This document shows, piece by piece, positions 49,006-62,539 of a stretch of 64,000 nucleotides of DNA (position 1 is its first letter; every line of letters begins with the position of its first letter). The position numbers and the translations under genes are program-made. The stretch comes from Eledone cirrhosa (taxonomy: Eukaryota), in assembly GCA_964016885.1 (NCBI GenBank), contig CAXHJY010000103.1, forward strand, positions 6,432 through 70,431, written 5' to 3'. The notes beneath the pieces are model-generated. The model worked only from the letters and a program-made list of their open reading frames with translations. It had not been told where the DNA came from and did not search any database.

Positions 49006-49380
49006 CATGTCAGTGGACAGACATTTACTGTTTAGTTTGAAATAAAAGCTCAGTTGTCATAACTGTTTGGTTTGATCTGAAAGGTCAGGTGTTTAGCATA
49101 TGGCAGATGCCTGATGGAGGGTATTCGTTTGGTTCCATCATTATTTTTTCCATTTTATCTATCTAAAGACTATAAAAAACGTTTTAGTAATACAATATAA
49201 TTGTTTCTACTATTGGCACAAGGCCAGCAATTACCCAGTAGATTACTGGTACTTTATTTTATCAACAATATAATGGTTTCTAATTTGGTCATAAAGCCTG
49301 CAATTTTAGGATGAAGGGTAAGTTGATTATATCATTAATTTATTGTCCCCTGAAATTATGAGATGCAAAGAATTTATCAC

Positions 49381-49554
49381 CTTCATGCCTTTAATTTCAG
49401 TTAGTTTATTCAACTCCATGGTTAATGGTTGCCTGAAACGAGATATTCTTCGCCACCACGGTCTGTCTTCTTCACAATTGTCAGCCAAGTATGTTTGACA
49501 TATGATGTCATCTTGGAGAAATGATGGCAAGAATATGAAAGCCTCAAGTAAGAC
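49381..49554 (-). CDS. GEMIN4: GEMIN4-like coding exon
   Basis: AG/GT, phase 0 to 0; VLLEAFIFLP..FRQPLTMELNKLT resembles LILECYADLS..FQEDLNTTFNQLT. Confidence 0.85.
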
Positions 49555-49968
49555 CTACAAATAACAAACAACAGAAATATTCAATTAGTTAAAGTTATTA
49601 TTTTACACCTGACTTTTGTATGTTTTGTCATAGATTGGATGAAACCCAGAACTTATTTCATGGATATTAAGTGATTGTGAGTACAAAACTTTCTCCTGGA
49701 TAGGACGTTAGTCCTTTGCAGGATTAATCTTCCAGCCCACTCCAGCTGCCATTGGTACTCATTTTCAGATGAGAAAACTGGAACAATAAAAAGTGAAGTG
49801 TCTAGTTCAAGATGTGTCCACCTGGTCTGGAAATTGAACCCATAACCTTATAATCAACACCCTAGTCACTAGGCCATATAGGAATATATAAAATATATAA
49901 TTGCTAATGTTGACAAATTTCTAAGGTGTGGGGGATGATTAAATCAATGTTATTACCTGACTGCTACT

Positions 49969-50240
49969 ACAGGGTGAGTAGAAACTCCCTATTGAAAATT
50001 ACTTGTCACTTTTGACTTACTGACAACTTGGGTCAACATCAATGACCTCATATTCATGCAAGATGTGTGTGTGTGTGTGTGTCCCCTCCTCTCATTTTGC
50101 ACACAGTATCTGTGAGTCCAATTTCCAGGAAATTGGCTGGGTCATCGAGGTCCATCTGAATGGCCAGCAAGAATCTCTGACTTAAGACCATATGATTTTT
50201 TCCTGTGAGGGTGGGTGAAGGAAGAAGTTTATAACTGAAA
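49969..50240 (+). mobile_element. Tc1/mariner-family relic
   Basis: TA-CAGGGTG terminus and frameshifted WPAR-SDLRPYDFFL*GWVKEEVY (WPxxSPDL..DFFLWG motif). Confidence 0.7.
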
Positions 50241-51068
50241 ACTATCGATAAGATAAGGTCTAAGAGAGAAGAAACTCTGAATAAGGACCTAAATTGGACT
50301 GCAACGATCTGTCCAATCCATGCTGAAATGATGATGATAAAGATGATAATGAATACAGCTCATTCTAAGATCTGACTGTCTATATGTCTAATCACTTATT
50401 AAAGATAGTAGCCATGACCTTTTTCATGGTCACCAAAACTGATTGCTTACAACAAAGTGAACCCTGTGAAAGGCACCAAGTGCTGGTAATAAACCTGGCA
50501 ACAGATTAAGTCTACCACCGAGTGGGCAACTGCAGGGTTTGAACTCAGTATTCTAATGACTTAGCCAAACCACTGCCCAAGGCTAGTAATTTATTAACCC
50601 TGAGAATGTAAGACTCCTTAATGGGCAGGAAGTTAGTCCATTGCTACATTAATCACCAGCTACCACTGGCACTCATTTTCAGCTAAGTTGACTGGAGTAA
50701 TATGAAATAAAATGTTTTGCACAAGAACACAACATGCTACCTGGTCCAAAAGTTGAACCCACAGCATTACCATTGTAAGAGCAACACCCTAACCACTAAA
50801 CCATACACCTTCAAAATATGCATACATGATGATAAATGTTTCTAAATATAGGCACACGGTCAGCTATTTTGTTGGGGTGGGGTACAGTTGATTACATCAA
50901 CACCCAGTATTCAGCTGGTACTTTATTTTATTGACACTGGAAAGATCAAAAGCAAAGTAGACAGTGGCAGGATTTGGATTCAGAACATAAAAAGTCAGAA
51001 CAAATGCCACAAAGTATTTTGTCTGTCACTCTAACCATTATGCCAATTCCCAACCCTTTTGATAATAA

Positions 51069-51250
51069 TAATTGTTTCTACTTTTGGCACAAGGCCAGCA
51101 ATTACTCAGTATATTACTGGTATTTTATTTTATCAACCCCGTAAGGATGAAAGTCAAAGTTAACCTCAGCAGGATTTGAACTCAGAATGGCAAGGGCCGT
51201 AACTCTATGCGTCAAATCATGGCATCCGACCCTTTACCAATACTGCCAAA
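51069..51250 (-). mobile_element. SINE family A
   Basis: Family consensus match. Confidence 0.85.
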
Positions 51251-51507
51251 ATAATAATAATGATTTCTAATTTAGGCACATGGCCAATCCTTTTTAGGGA
51301 GAGGGCAAAGAAGATTATAAATCCCCAGTACATAAATTGTACTTTATTTTATCCACCATGGCAGGATGAAAGACAAAGTTGACCTTGGTGGGATTTGAAC
51401 TCAGAAAGTCCTAATTAAATACTACAAAGCATTTTATTCAATGCTCTACTGATACTGCCAATCCACCACCCTACAGTATGATAACAACAACAATAATACA
51501 TATATAC

Positions 51508-51637
51508 CTGAAGATACTTCTCTGTAAGTGCAGTTTCTTCATTTAGGGAAGACATCCAACATATTCCTTGCCACAAACACAACCATTGTTTTTTCTGAGA
51601 CAGTAAATTTTTGTGTGTATTTAAATATTCAAAAAAC
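51508..51637 (-). CDS. GEMIN4: GEMIN4-like coding exon
   Basis: AG/GT, phase 2 to 0; FFEYLNTHKNLLSQ..EKYLQ. Confidence 0.8.
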
Positions 51638-52169
51638 CTAGGAAATATAAGGATTGACAACAATACACCTCGTACATATACACGAGTCAATGATAAGTTG
51701 ATGTTTTTTAATGTAAATATAAATCTTTTCATTCAGCTATTTTAACTCTACAATATTATTTCCTATCAACGAATTGAAAGAGTCATTAGAATGTTGGATA
51801 GAATGCTTTGTAGTAGTCATTCCAGCTCTCTGCACTATGAGTTTAAATTCTGCCGAGGTCAATTTTGCCTTTCATCCTTTCAAGGTTGATAAAAAAAAGA
51901 ACCAGTCCAGTTTTGGGATAGATTCTTCCTGAATATCTCTTTCTAACTTGAGGACTTTTCAATCATTTCAAAAACATGACAGTTGCCACAATAAAATGTG
52001 CCTAGTACACTCAGTAAACTGACCGGCTTTATGAAGGGTATCCAGCTATTGAAATTATGCCAAAATAGGGTTGAGAAGACTCTCCAGTTACATGAAAGAC
52101 AAATCAACCTTTCTAGTGCTAGTGCCATGACAAAATATTGCTTGCACACTCTGTAAAGTTTACTTAAGT

Positions 52170-53340
52170 AAGAAAAAAAAAAAAAAGGGGGGGAAACAAA
52201 AGGAAAGAAAAGGGAAATATAGAAGAAAAAGAAAGGGAGGGGATGGCAAAATCTCTGGTGTCACAGAAGGGGGGGGGGATGAAGAAGGAGCGTGATTGGG
52301 TTTGGGTGTAAGGAAAGGGGGCAGAAGTGTGTGCCCCACTGACAAGATGGCCAGTGACACCCGCTGCACAGCCATCCAACCTCGCGGGGCTCCCTCCTCA
52401 GATGGGCCACAGACGCTCTGATCTTGCAGAGGAGCTTGGCAGTACGGTGTCCAAGTATGCCTGAGGTCTCAACAGTGACCAGTGCAAAGAGGAAGCGGCC
52501 GGACTAACCCCAGTATTTGTTTATTTTATGTTCTTCTGTGAGGCGGGCTGCGATGCCGGGGTTTGAGGCCGAAGCGACTAAGTTGAAGGCGGAGAACTTG
52601 TCGCAGCAGGTGGCGTCCCAGATGAGGGATCTACCTCCTTCGAATGGGAAGAGGGTGATTCTGCCAGGGTGCTTGCCATCTCCACGGTCTAGGCCTGCTG
52701 GCTCCAGTTGAGATGGAAAGCCAGATCCGTCCAGGCTCCTTCTCAATATGTCATTGAGAGTGGCCTGCCAGGGGAACCAACCGGCCTGCACTCTGGCAGC
52801 AAGACAGAGGGTGCAGGCCAAACTTGTCAACAACCACCTCTCAGCAGCATTTGTGTGGTTCGCACACACAGAGGCCAAAGCATTGGGTTACTCTGACGCA
52901 AGTGCACTCATCGTCAAGTAGGGTACTGGTTGATGAGGAGAGCACCGATTGGAGCCATACGCCACTGTTGGGCTGAGAAGCAGAGCGGAGGCAGGTGAGG
53001 CGGTGTTGGTCCAAGCCGGACTCAATCCGCCTGACAGAGGACCTGCAATTGATATCATCCATTACGTTGGACCGTGGTATACTAGGGAATAGAGAAGCCT
53101 TCGCCTGTCCAGTAGGCCAGAGCCTGTTCCATCTCAGGGGCCAGGTCAGGTTCAGATGCTTGGCTGAGAACCTCGCTAACGAGAGCGCGACAAGAGAAGA
53201 TAGAGAAGAGGTATACAGGTAAAGCTAGGTCTGAAGCTGATCAGAGGCCAAGGCCACCAAACCTTGCTGAGAGTGTCACCTGTTGCCAGCCTCTGCTGTC
53301 GAAACTGACATTGCAGATGAGTTCCGCACAGCATCGAATG
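52170..53340 (-). mobile_element. CRE-like RLE non-LTR retrotransposon 3' relic
   Basis: SGVWLQ, LNDILRR..EPAGLDRGDGKHP..GRSLIWDATC; frameshifted. Confidence 0.75.
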
Positions 53341-53622
53341 AAGTGGCTGGTGTTAAGAAAAGCATCAGCCATAGAAAGTATGCCAAAATTGGAATGTACT
53401 GACTGAGATATGGTTGCCTGATCTATTTAAGACTATAGTAGCTCTGATAAAATTCTGATTTGGTCTCTAACAACCTATCTATTAAAGAGGACAATAGCCC
53501 TGATAAAGTTCTGACTTGGTCTGTAACAACCCTTCCAACCCATGCAAGTAAAGGGAAAATGAACATGAAATAATGATATTTATAAATTTCTATTATATAA
53601 CATTAAAACAGACATAATTTAC

Positions 53623-53677
53623 CTGATATCTTTCCAGTCCTCAATTTTTCGATTTTTGAACATCTCAAGAAAAACAT
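53623..53677 (-). CDS. GEMIN4: GEMIN4-like coding exon
   Basis: tttttacAG/GTAAAT, phase 1 to 2; DVFLEMFKNRKIEDWKDI. Confidence 0.8.
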
Positions 53678-55263
53678 CTGTAAAAATGTTAGGAAGGAAG
53701 GAAGAAAAAAGGTTTCATAATGAAAGAATTTAACTGTATACTATATTATCATTTAGCCAAAGGGTCAGGAGGACACTCCAGTCATGACAACCTCCCTAGT
53801 GCATGTGATCTACATGATAAACACATCCAGTTCACACTGTTAAGTGGTTGGTGATAGTAAGGGCATCCAGCCTTAGCAATCATGCCAAAGGGTTGGGAAG
53901 ACCCTCAGTTGTGTCAAAGGCATGACAACCTCTCCTGGGCACTCAATGGAATGTAAGACCATACATAAGTGAGACACAGATCCCTGGCTTGCTTGGGAGA
54001 TCAGTAGCTCTGCTTCAGTATGGATTTGGTCTATATAGAGCCATTCAACCCTTGCTAGCAGGGAAAGGGGATGTTAAAACAACAATGATGATGATTTTGA
54101 AGATACATAGCCTGGTGGGTGAGGTGTTGATCTCATGATTGTAAGACCATAGGTTCAATTCCTAGATTAAGTGACATGTTGTGCCCATGAGCAAAGCACT
54201 TTGTTTCACTCAGCTGTAAATAAAATACTTCACACAGTAACTAGGGGTTAATTCTACAAAAGATTGGGACTCCTGTCCAGAGAGTACTTTCAGTTGTTTA
54301 ATACCAAAGAAACTGGAACAATCTCTGACCTGCTGAGTTTCTGGGCTTGAGACAGACTTTAGCTAACACTACAGTATACTGCCTAGTTGACAAGAATGTG
54401 TTATCATCATCATCATCATTACCATTTAATTTTCATGGTAAAGGTTTTACCTCACATAATTATCTCACATAATATTGAATCTATGAGATTTTGATATTAT
54501 TTATTTTGCGAACAATACCTTAACATCAGTATGACTGGCCAGTTACGGTTGATTTGAACAGAAAGAGGTGAGAGAATTTTGGCCAGATATGGCTGGTTTA
54601 AATGTTAATGGGTTAAGCATCAGGCTTTAAAACAGTTTAAAGAAGTGTTCACGATTAAACCAGTTTACCATAGAGTAGACATACATCAACTTAGACACTG
54701 AAAATAAGAGGTGAAATATAAGGGATTAAACATACATAGTAACATGGTGTAATATATGAACCTGTATATATTGGTTACATATAATAAACATACATTTAGT
54801 CTCACTGATAGTATGTTAAGCATAAATAAGAACATATATAAATCATCTTTTTTCATTGCAAACTGCTCCTAGTTTTATGATCAAAGCTTTAAACAAGCTG
54901 TATCTGGCCAGAATTCTCTCACCTCTTTCTGTTCAAACCAGCTGTAACTGGCCACTCATATCGACGTTAAGGTATTCTCAAAATAAATAATATCAAAATC
55001 TCAGATTACCATGAAAATATAAGAGTAAATATAGAGTAATGTAAATGCTAAAGGATTAATGTGTTTATGTTTATATTTAACCCTTTGTTCTTAATTTATC
55101 CTAAACAAATTTTGTTGTTTGAAATAGTTTAATCATGAGAAAGTTAGATATATTAAAAAATTCCTTTAAATTTCTGATTATTTAAATAATAAATATAAAA
55201 TCATAGGCAGTATCTTACATTATAAATATAGTAATGAAAGAATTAAATGTAAAGCTGCCTTAC

Positions 55264-56227
55264 CAGAAGGATTTCTGTCAAGAGGTGGGCGATCTAAGGC
55301 GACAAATTGCTTGCTATCAGTTGATGACAATGTAGCCATATTCTGGCCAAAGTACTGAATAATAAACTTAACATGATTCAATTCTTCTTGAGATTTCTTA
55401 ACTAAAGTGTTTGTTACAGATGTACTTGAAAGTTTAGGAAGAAGAGAGTGGAAAATTCCATAACACTTATCAACAGAGAATATGCTGAAATCCTGGAAGA
55501 GTTTAGAATTTTCAAGTTCTGCTCTCCATTTTAAATACAGACAGATATTTTCCATGAGCAATTTGGCATCTGGAACTGAAGAAATGTTGCTGCTATTAAA
55601 TTCAAAAAGAGATGGAAATTTCTGAAAAGGCTCATTTATAGAAGCTTCCATTTCCATAAAAGTGTTCACATCATTTTCCTTTCTTTGTAAACACTTGGAA
55701 ACATTTTTAGCAACATCAGGGTAAGCATTATCTCTTACTTCTTGTACAGCGACGTCATTCATGAGGTTGATGAGTGAGACATTAATGTCACAGTGTGAAC
55801 CATAGAAGGCAAGCCATAGACTCACCAGATAATAGAAAATACTATCAGTCTGAGAAACATCAACAATGCCACTGTCAGTTTGTTCTTGCTTAGACTTCGC
55901 AGAATGGCAAGATGATAATAATAGTAATTTCTTAATGCAATGAAGAATTTCATCTAGAAGGTTGGGATTGGAATTAAGCACATTGAGAAAAGATTTTAAT
56001 TTGATGGTTTGTAGAAAACATGATGTTGTAGCAAAAGTTCTTTTGATTGAGGGTTGAGGTAGATCAAAAATAACTTCTGGTAGACAAGACCTGACAACTA
56101 ACATTACAAAGGATGAGAGCAAGGAGATGTCTTTTAATGATTGTGTCTTCTCCTCTGCCTCATTACAATACTTTAACATTTCTCTAAGCAGGCCATGAAT
56201 ATCAACTTCATCCAACAAAGTAAGGTT
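55264..56227 (-). CDS. GEMIN4: GEMIN4-like large coding exon
   Basis: 964-nt open exon, ttcAG/GTAAGG, phase 0 to 1. Confidence 0.85.
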
Positions 56228-56997
56228 CTGAAATTAGAATATTAATTATTATTATTAATATTGATGGTAATGTTATACTGTTGTTGTTGGTAGTGGTAGT
56301 GTCACATTGTTGTTCGTGGTGTTGGTGGTTGTGTTATGTTGTTGATGCTGTTGTTGGTGGTAGTATCATTTTGTTGATGTTGTTGTTGTTAGTGTCATGT
56401 TGTTGTTGTTGGTGGTGGTGGTATTGGTGGTAGTAGTGTCATGTTGTTGTTGTTGTTCGTGGTGGTGGTGGTGGGAGTGTTATGTTGTTGTCATTATAAA
56501 AAGGCAGTAGATGGACAGAATTGTAAAATGTCAGACAAAATGCCTCGCTGTGGTATTTAATTTATATCCCTTTACATTCAAAAATCAAATCCTATTGAAA
56601 TCAACTTTGCCATTGTAAAGTCGTTGGCATTAGGAAAACCATTCAGCCATAAATAACCATGTCAAAACTGAACATATTAAACAAAGAGGAAGATAGTAGC
56701 TCTGTTAAATACTGACTTTGTCTGTCAATGTAGCAAGGTGGGAATAAAATGGTAAGTGCCACAAACTCCCTAGTGCTGGTGCAGTGATAAAATGCACCTA
56801 GTACACTTTGTAAGTGTTTAATGTTGAAGAAACCATGCCAAACAAAGCAACAAGAGGGCTCATCAATTGTGTTAAAGACATAATAACCTCCCTTGTGCTG
56901 GTGCCATGACAAAATACACCCATTACATATGTGTAGGAACACATGTATTGAAATGCAGCCCTTTGCCATATGAGAGGCCTGTAACTTTTATTAAAAA

Positions 56998-57463
56998 ACG
57001 CCCAGTCCACACTGTAAAGTGGTTGTGTAGGTGTCACAATAAAAAGCATCCAGTCCACACTGTAAAGTGGTTGTGTAGGTGTCATGACAAAAAGCACCCA
57101 ATCCACACTATAAAGTGGTCATGTAGGCATCATGAGAAAAAGCACCCAGCCCACACAATAAAGTGGTCCTGTAGGTGTCATGACAAAAAGCACCCAGTAC
57201 TCAGTCCACACTATCAAGTGGTTGTGTAGGTGTCACAATAAATAGCACCCAGCCCTTACTGTAAAGTGGTCATGTAGGTGTCATGACAAAAGGCACACTG
57301 TACATGTGGTTGGTGTTAGGAAGGGCATCCAGCTGTAGAAACCAAGCTAAAATCAGTTCTGTATGAGCAAGACATGGTCACCTGATCTGGCATTGCCCAC
57401 AACAGGACAACTCATCTAACCCATGCTAGCATGGAAAAATGGACGTTAAATGGTGATGATGAT
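56998..57463 (+). repeat. RTE/SINE 3' tail with tandem expansion of the about 48-bp motif
   Basis: About 6 copies of aaaaagcacccagtccacactgtaaagtggttgtgtaggtgtc followed by the RTE terminal sequence and (TGA)n. Confidence 0.85.
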
Positions 57464-57749
57464 AATATATAAAAGGTTGATTAATGAAAACAAATAAAAG
57501 AAGGTTTAGTAGTTAATCAATTCATTATTTTACAATCATTTCAAATTGCAAAATAAACAAGGATTTTATTGATATATCAACTAATCGATAGCAATTATGC
57601 AACTCAACACATAAATATGCGTTTGTGTTAGATGTATTACATATAGGCTTTTGCACAATGTATTTATGTAAAGCTCTCAATATGTTTTTGCCTTTTGACT
57701 TTGCAGTTAGTGTACTGAAATGCTTTGTACTTGTGTTGCCTTTAAAAAA

Positions 57750-60175
57750 AAATAATAATAATAATGAAATTATTGTGTACAGTGCTCAGGTGCACTACAA
57801 CTCATCAATGGTGCATGTATAGTATACATAGAATAATATACAAATGTCAGGGAAGTGAATAGTGTATGAGTCATGATATACATGTGTGCGTGTGTATGGA
57901 GGGGGAACATTAGGTGTAGTGTTGGCAAATCTCGGGAAGCATGGAGGTTTTAAAGGATGCAGTGTCTCGACAACTAATAACTGATGCAGGTAGTTTGTTC
58001 CATGCTTCAGCAACTCTGAGCGTGAAAAAATGTTTCCGAAAGTCATGGGAGCTGTGCTGTTTTCTGACTTTGTTGGTTTGCCCGAGTTGTTGTTGGCAAG
58101 ATGGTTAATAATTTTGTGGGTGTTTACCAAGTCAATTGCCAGACGTCGGTGCTTCAATGTATCCATGCCCAGGGAAGCAAGGCGTTCAGAGTATGGTAGA
58201 TGCCTGATGGAGGGCATTCGTTTGGTTGCACGTCTCTGAACAGTTTCCAGGCAGTCAATGTTCTTAGCAAGATAGGGGTTCCAGACTGGTGATGCAAATT
58301 CTAAGTGTGGTCGCACCAAAATGCATGGTGGTACACTTGTCCACAGCTAGCTAGAGTTGCCAGTCCGTGATCCATTGTTGCATTGTGTCCATGTCAGATT
58401 GCAGGCAGGATCTATAGTGTTCAGGATCTGTCCTTTTTATCTCAAGGTACAGCTTGATGTCATCTGAATATTTCAGTACTGTGGCATTCTTTAAGTTGGC
58501 ATCTATGTCATTAATATACGCCACAAACAAAAGGGGGCTAAGAACTGATCCCTGTGGTACACCAGATGACATCTCATACGGTGACGAATGCTGTCCTAGA
58601 ACCGTGACTACCTCTCTTCGACTGAGAATGAAGGACTTCAACCAGTTAAAAAGATCATCCTTCACACCCATTGCAGAGAGTTTTGCCATAAGTCTTTTGT
58701 GTAGCACAGAATTAAAAGCTTTAGCAAAGTCAAGATAAACAACATCCACCCATGAGCCGCCATCAGTGATCCAGGTGATGTCTTCAAGAAACTCAATAAG
58801 TGGATCACAGCAGCTAGAGTTAGGGATGAATCCAAATTGCGAGCGCCGGATAAAACTGTGAGTTCCAGAAGTTCCAAAGTGTTTCTCTGACACAGGATTC
58901 CATCAGTTTGGCAATGTAGCTAGTAAGACTGACTGGACGATAGTTCACAGGTGATGTGCGGTCACCCTTTTTGAACAGAGGAATGACACTGGCAGTTTTC
59001 CACTATTCTGGAGTAGCACCATTGTTCAGACAGAATTGGAAGAAGCTGGTGCAGAAGGAAGTACCCACCACGTTTGAGAAGCAGGTACGTAACACCATCA
59101 AGACCAGGAGAGGCATGGTTGCGTTTATTTTTAAGGTGACGTCGCAGCATTGCAGGTGTAAAGTCCATAGTTGTAATAGAATCCGATGTCAGAGGTGGTG
59201 GAGACGGTACACTCTGGTCTTCAATAGTGAAAATGCCTACATAGCATTCAGCGATGAGTTCTGCGCATTCCTTGGGGTCGTCAGTAACCTGGCTTGTGTG
59301 GGGATTGCAAAGAAGACCAACTGGAGAGTGAGGCCTCTGCTTTGAGTGAATATACTTCCAGAACACCTTACTGTCAGGGTTGGTTGCTATGCGCTGCTCA
59401 AATTCAAGCACTGTCTTTTTTGTCACCTGCTTGAGATGTTTAGATGATTTATTTCGCTTTTTCCTATTGATATCTGATTTATGCAGCTTGTACTCACGTT
59501 CAGCATTACAACGCTCTTTCCTGGCAAGACGGACTGCTGCAGTCTCCCAAATTGCATTTATGGGATGTTTTTTCTGCTTACATGGCACTGATGCTGCACA
59601 TGCTGTCCATATTGAGGAGTCAGGATGTTCTGGAGTACAGTGTTGACATCTTCAGAGTCGTACTACTCAAGCCAGTTTGGAAGTTGCAGCTCGGTGCAGT
59701 AACAGTTCCAGTCTACTTTATTCCAGTCAAAGTGAGCAGTTTGGAGATGGTTGTGGTTTTTGTTACTGCCCATGAGGGACAGATTGGCAATGATCATAGC
59801 ATGATCAGTCACCTAAAGGTTCCTCAGTAGTAACACTAATAACTGTTTCAGGAGTAGTGGTGAAGAGTAGATCTAAAGTGTTGTCACCTCTTGTTGGGGA
59901 GGTGACTACTTCGGACCAGTTCGAGTCCAGCACTAGCTCAAGGAAATCATTTGCACTTTGCGGCCAACGAAAGGTTTCTCAGTCAATCTGGGGGCGAGTG
60001 AAGTCCCCTGCAATAAAAACATAAATGGCTGTTTTCTTGGCAGCAGCTCTGAGGATATCACAAAGCTGAGTGTCCTGATAGTAATTTGGGGGACGGTAAA
60101 CGACTCCAAGTAGCAGTGTTGACATGGTCATACGTATATCGCAGAAAAATACTTCTTGCTGCAATTGGTTCAAAT
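57750..60175 (-). mobile_element. Degenerate CR1 LINE (APE + RT)
   Basis: VYRPP, AGDF, SPGLDG, DVVYLDFAKAF, SGVPQGSVLSP, YSDD, VRPHLEFA. Confidence 0.9.
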
Positions 60176-60214
60176 CAACACATATAAAACATTATTGGCA
60201 TATAAAACATTATT

Positions 60215-60417
60215 AATTGGTAGAGGGTCAGACACCATGCTTTGACGCACAGAGTTACGGCCCTTGCCATTCTGAGTTCAAATCCCGCCGAGGTTAACTT
60301 TGCCTTTCATCCTTACGGGGTCGATAAAATAAAGTACCAGTCACGCACTGGGGTCAATTTAATCGACTTCCCCTTCCCCCAAATTACTGGCCTTGTGCCT
60401 ATATAAGAAACCATTAT
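60215..60417 (+). mobile_element. SINE family A
   Basis: Consensus match; tataaaacattatt on both flanks. Confidence 0.85.
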
Positions 60418-60463
60418 TATAAAACATTATTATTATTATTAATAATAATATTAATAACCTTAC

Positions 60464-60811
60464 CGTTATAAAGTATCCTTCCCAGTTGCAACTTCTTACC
60501 AAATCAAAATACACAACTGGAGCAATATGTGGCAGTGTTGTTTGAGCAATAACAAGTAAATCTGTATTATTACAAACTTTCTCCTCTCTTAACTGATTCC
60601 AAAGAGACTCTTTGTTCAACTGTTTGTGAGCAGTTAGTTTGAGGAAGACAACTAAATGTAAAGTGAAATTCCAGTGTTCCTTTATAAAACACCAACTGTT
60701 GTCGGTCATCAAACCATTACATATCTCATTGATAGTGTCAACAACTATTGGACTGAATTGTTGACAACATTTCTTGGTAAGGGAAGATAACTCTTCACCT
60801 GATTCCTTTAC
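60464..60811 (-). CDS. GEMIN4: GEMIN4-like coding exon (most 5' exon found)
   Basis: LSSLTKKCCQQFSPIVVDTINEI and TLPHIAPVVYFDLVRSCNWEGYFI resemble [23 protein letters not shown] and [32 protein letters not shown]. Confidence 0.85.
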
Positions 60812-61293
60812 CTGGGGAAGAAGAAAAAAAAAAAAATCATTTTTACATGTTTGTTTGGGTTGGATGGGGTTTTTCCTCCAGCACAGCCTCCTTCCACACA
60901 TTGCATTCCTTTGTCAACTTATTTGTGATGCTCAGCATTTTGAGATATACTCTAACCACCTCTGCTAACATTTTCCTTGGCTTTTCACTACTAGTTTCCT
61001 TCCACTGGCATTTCTTCTAACAATCATCCCCATGTACATGTCACGTCCATACCAGCACAGTCTTCTCTTTTACACACTACGTTCGATTAGTCTTACACTC
61101 AGTTTCTCTCTCAGCCCATCAATACTAATAATATTTCAAAGTTGTGTTAAGTTTTTCATCAGAGAAATGTGGATGTGGATTAGGGCCAATGATGAATGTT
61201 GTGAAGAGAGAGTATTTTCTACTATAACTTAAAGTTCACCAATGCCTGGGTAACATTTGGTGAAAAAACTGTGTGGGACCTGCTGTGCGTGAG

Positions 61294-61327
<34 letters not shown>

Positions 61328-61794
61328 CCACCTTTATCGCCCCTTCCATACACCTCCCGCTTGTAAAAGGGCTTGTGAAAGTGCCCTCCTGCTGGTTCCA
61401 TTTCAATAGGCGATTTTTTGGTGAATAAAATATAATGGCCAGATGCTTTTCTATTTCAAATTTATAAAGAAAAACTTCACTAATTTTTCTATATTAAAGA
61501 TGAATTTGGGTTTGTGTTGGGGGAGGGGGGGGGGGGGTAATGCGGTATAAGATACCTCATTTTGATAAAAAGGGGATGACAGCAAAGAAAAAAAAATAAA
61601 TAAGGTTACTTTTGGAATATTTGTTGATAGAAATGTATGTTGTTGATATTCGTTTGGGAGGGGAGGTGGGGGAATCATGCTAGCTCACATATTTACTTCC
61701 CTACATATAAACATACATACAGCCCATATACATATTCTAGTTCATACATACCCATATATTTACACACGCACGTACACTCACACATACATACTTA

Positions 61795-62445
61795 CTAGCA
61801 GTGGTACCCGGCGTTGCATGGGATAAGGTATTTTGGAACGCGGGCCACCAACAGACCTAATCATGAAAAAACTGCATGCATGGACAATATATAAAGAAAA
61901 TAAACCGAATACTCTGATGGCTGGATAATCTTTAAGATTTTCCTCAATGAAGCAGGAAAAATGCAGGTTTTCACCTAATGCAGGCCCTAGTGGATCAAGA
62001 AAATGAATTTTTTTTATGTGCATAATATGCCTTGAAATTTCGGGAAAATCGGCTAGACGTAACACTCCCTGAAATATAAGTAATACACATGTAAAGTTTA
62101 AAAAAATCGATTTGGTACTTCTCGAGTTTTAGGGATTCAAACTCACAGACACACACAGACATCCTCAGGGAAGTGATGTAATGCAGACAGATATTATAAG
62201 GACGTGACGTTATATGTATATATCTACCTAAAAAGAGAAAGACTTATAGAGAGAGATCGCTAAATCGCCTAATGCGGTCCCTAGGGCATTGAAAATTTGA
62301 AATTTATTTTTGCTCAGAACACTCCCTGAAACATAAGTATTACATGTGTAAAGTTTGAAAACAGTCGGTTGGGTGGTTCTCGAGTTTTAGGGATTCAAAC
62401 TCACACACACACAGACAGACATCCTCAGTTTTATATATATATAGA
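61795..62445 (-). mobile_element. Non-autonomous Helitron
   Basis: 5' TCTATATA.., 3' hairpin CCC..CAACGCCGGG then CTAG, A/T target; internal duplication 62061-62170 / 62318-62430. Confidence 0.8.
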
Positions 62446-62478
62446 TATAGTTATGTAATAAACAACATAAGATAATTA

Positions 62479-62539
62479 TTTCATTTACCAGTGGTTTCTT
62501 GAAAGCAAACGAAATTTGCTTTCAGTCATCAGAATGAAA
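62479..62539 (-). ncRNA. Type I hammerhead motif, microsatellite-associated family
   Basis: tttcatt-CTGATGA-c-tgaaagcaaa-tttcg-tttgctttca-a-GAA-accactggt-A-aatgaaa; 7-bp stem I, 10-bp stem II. Confidence 0.8.
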
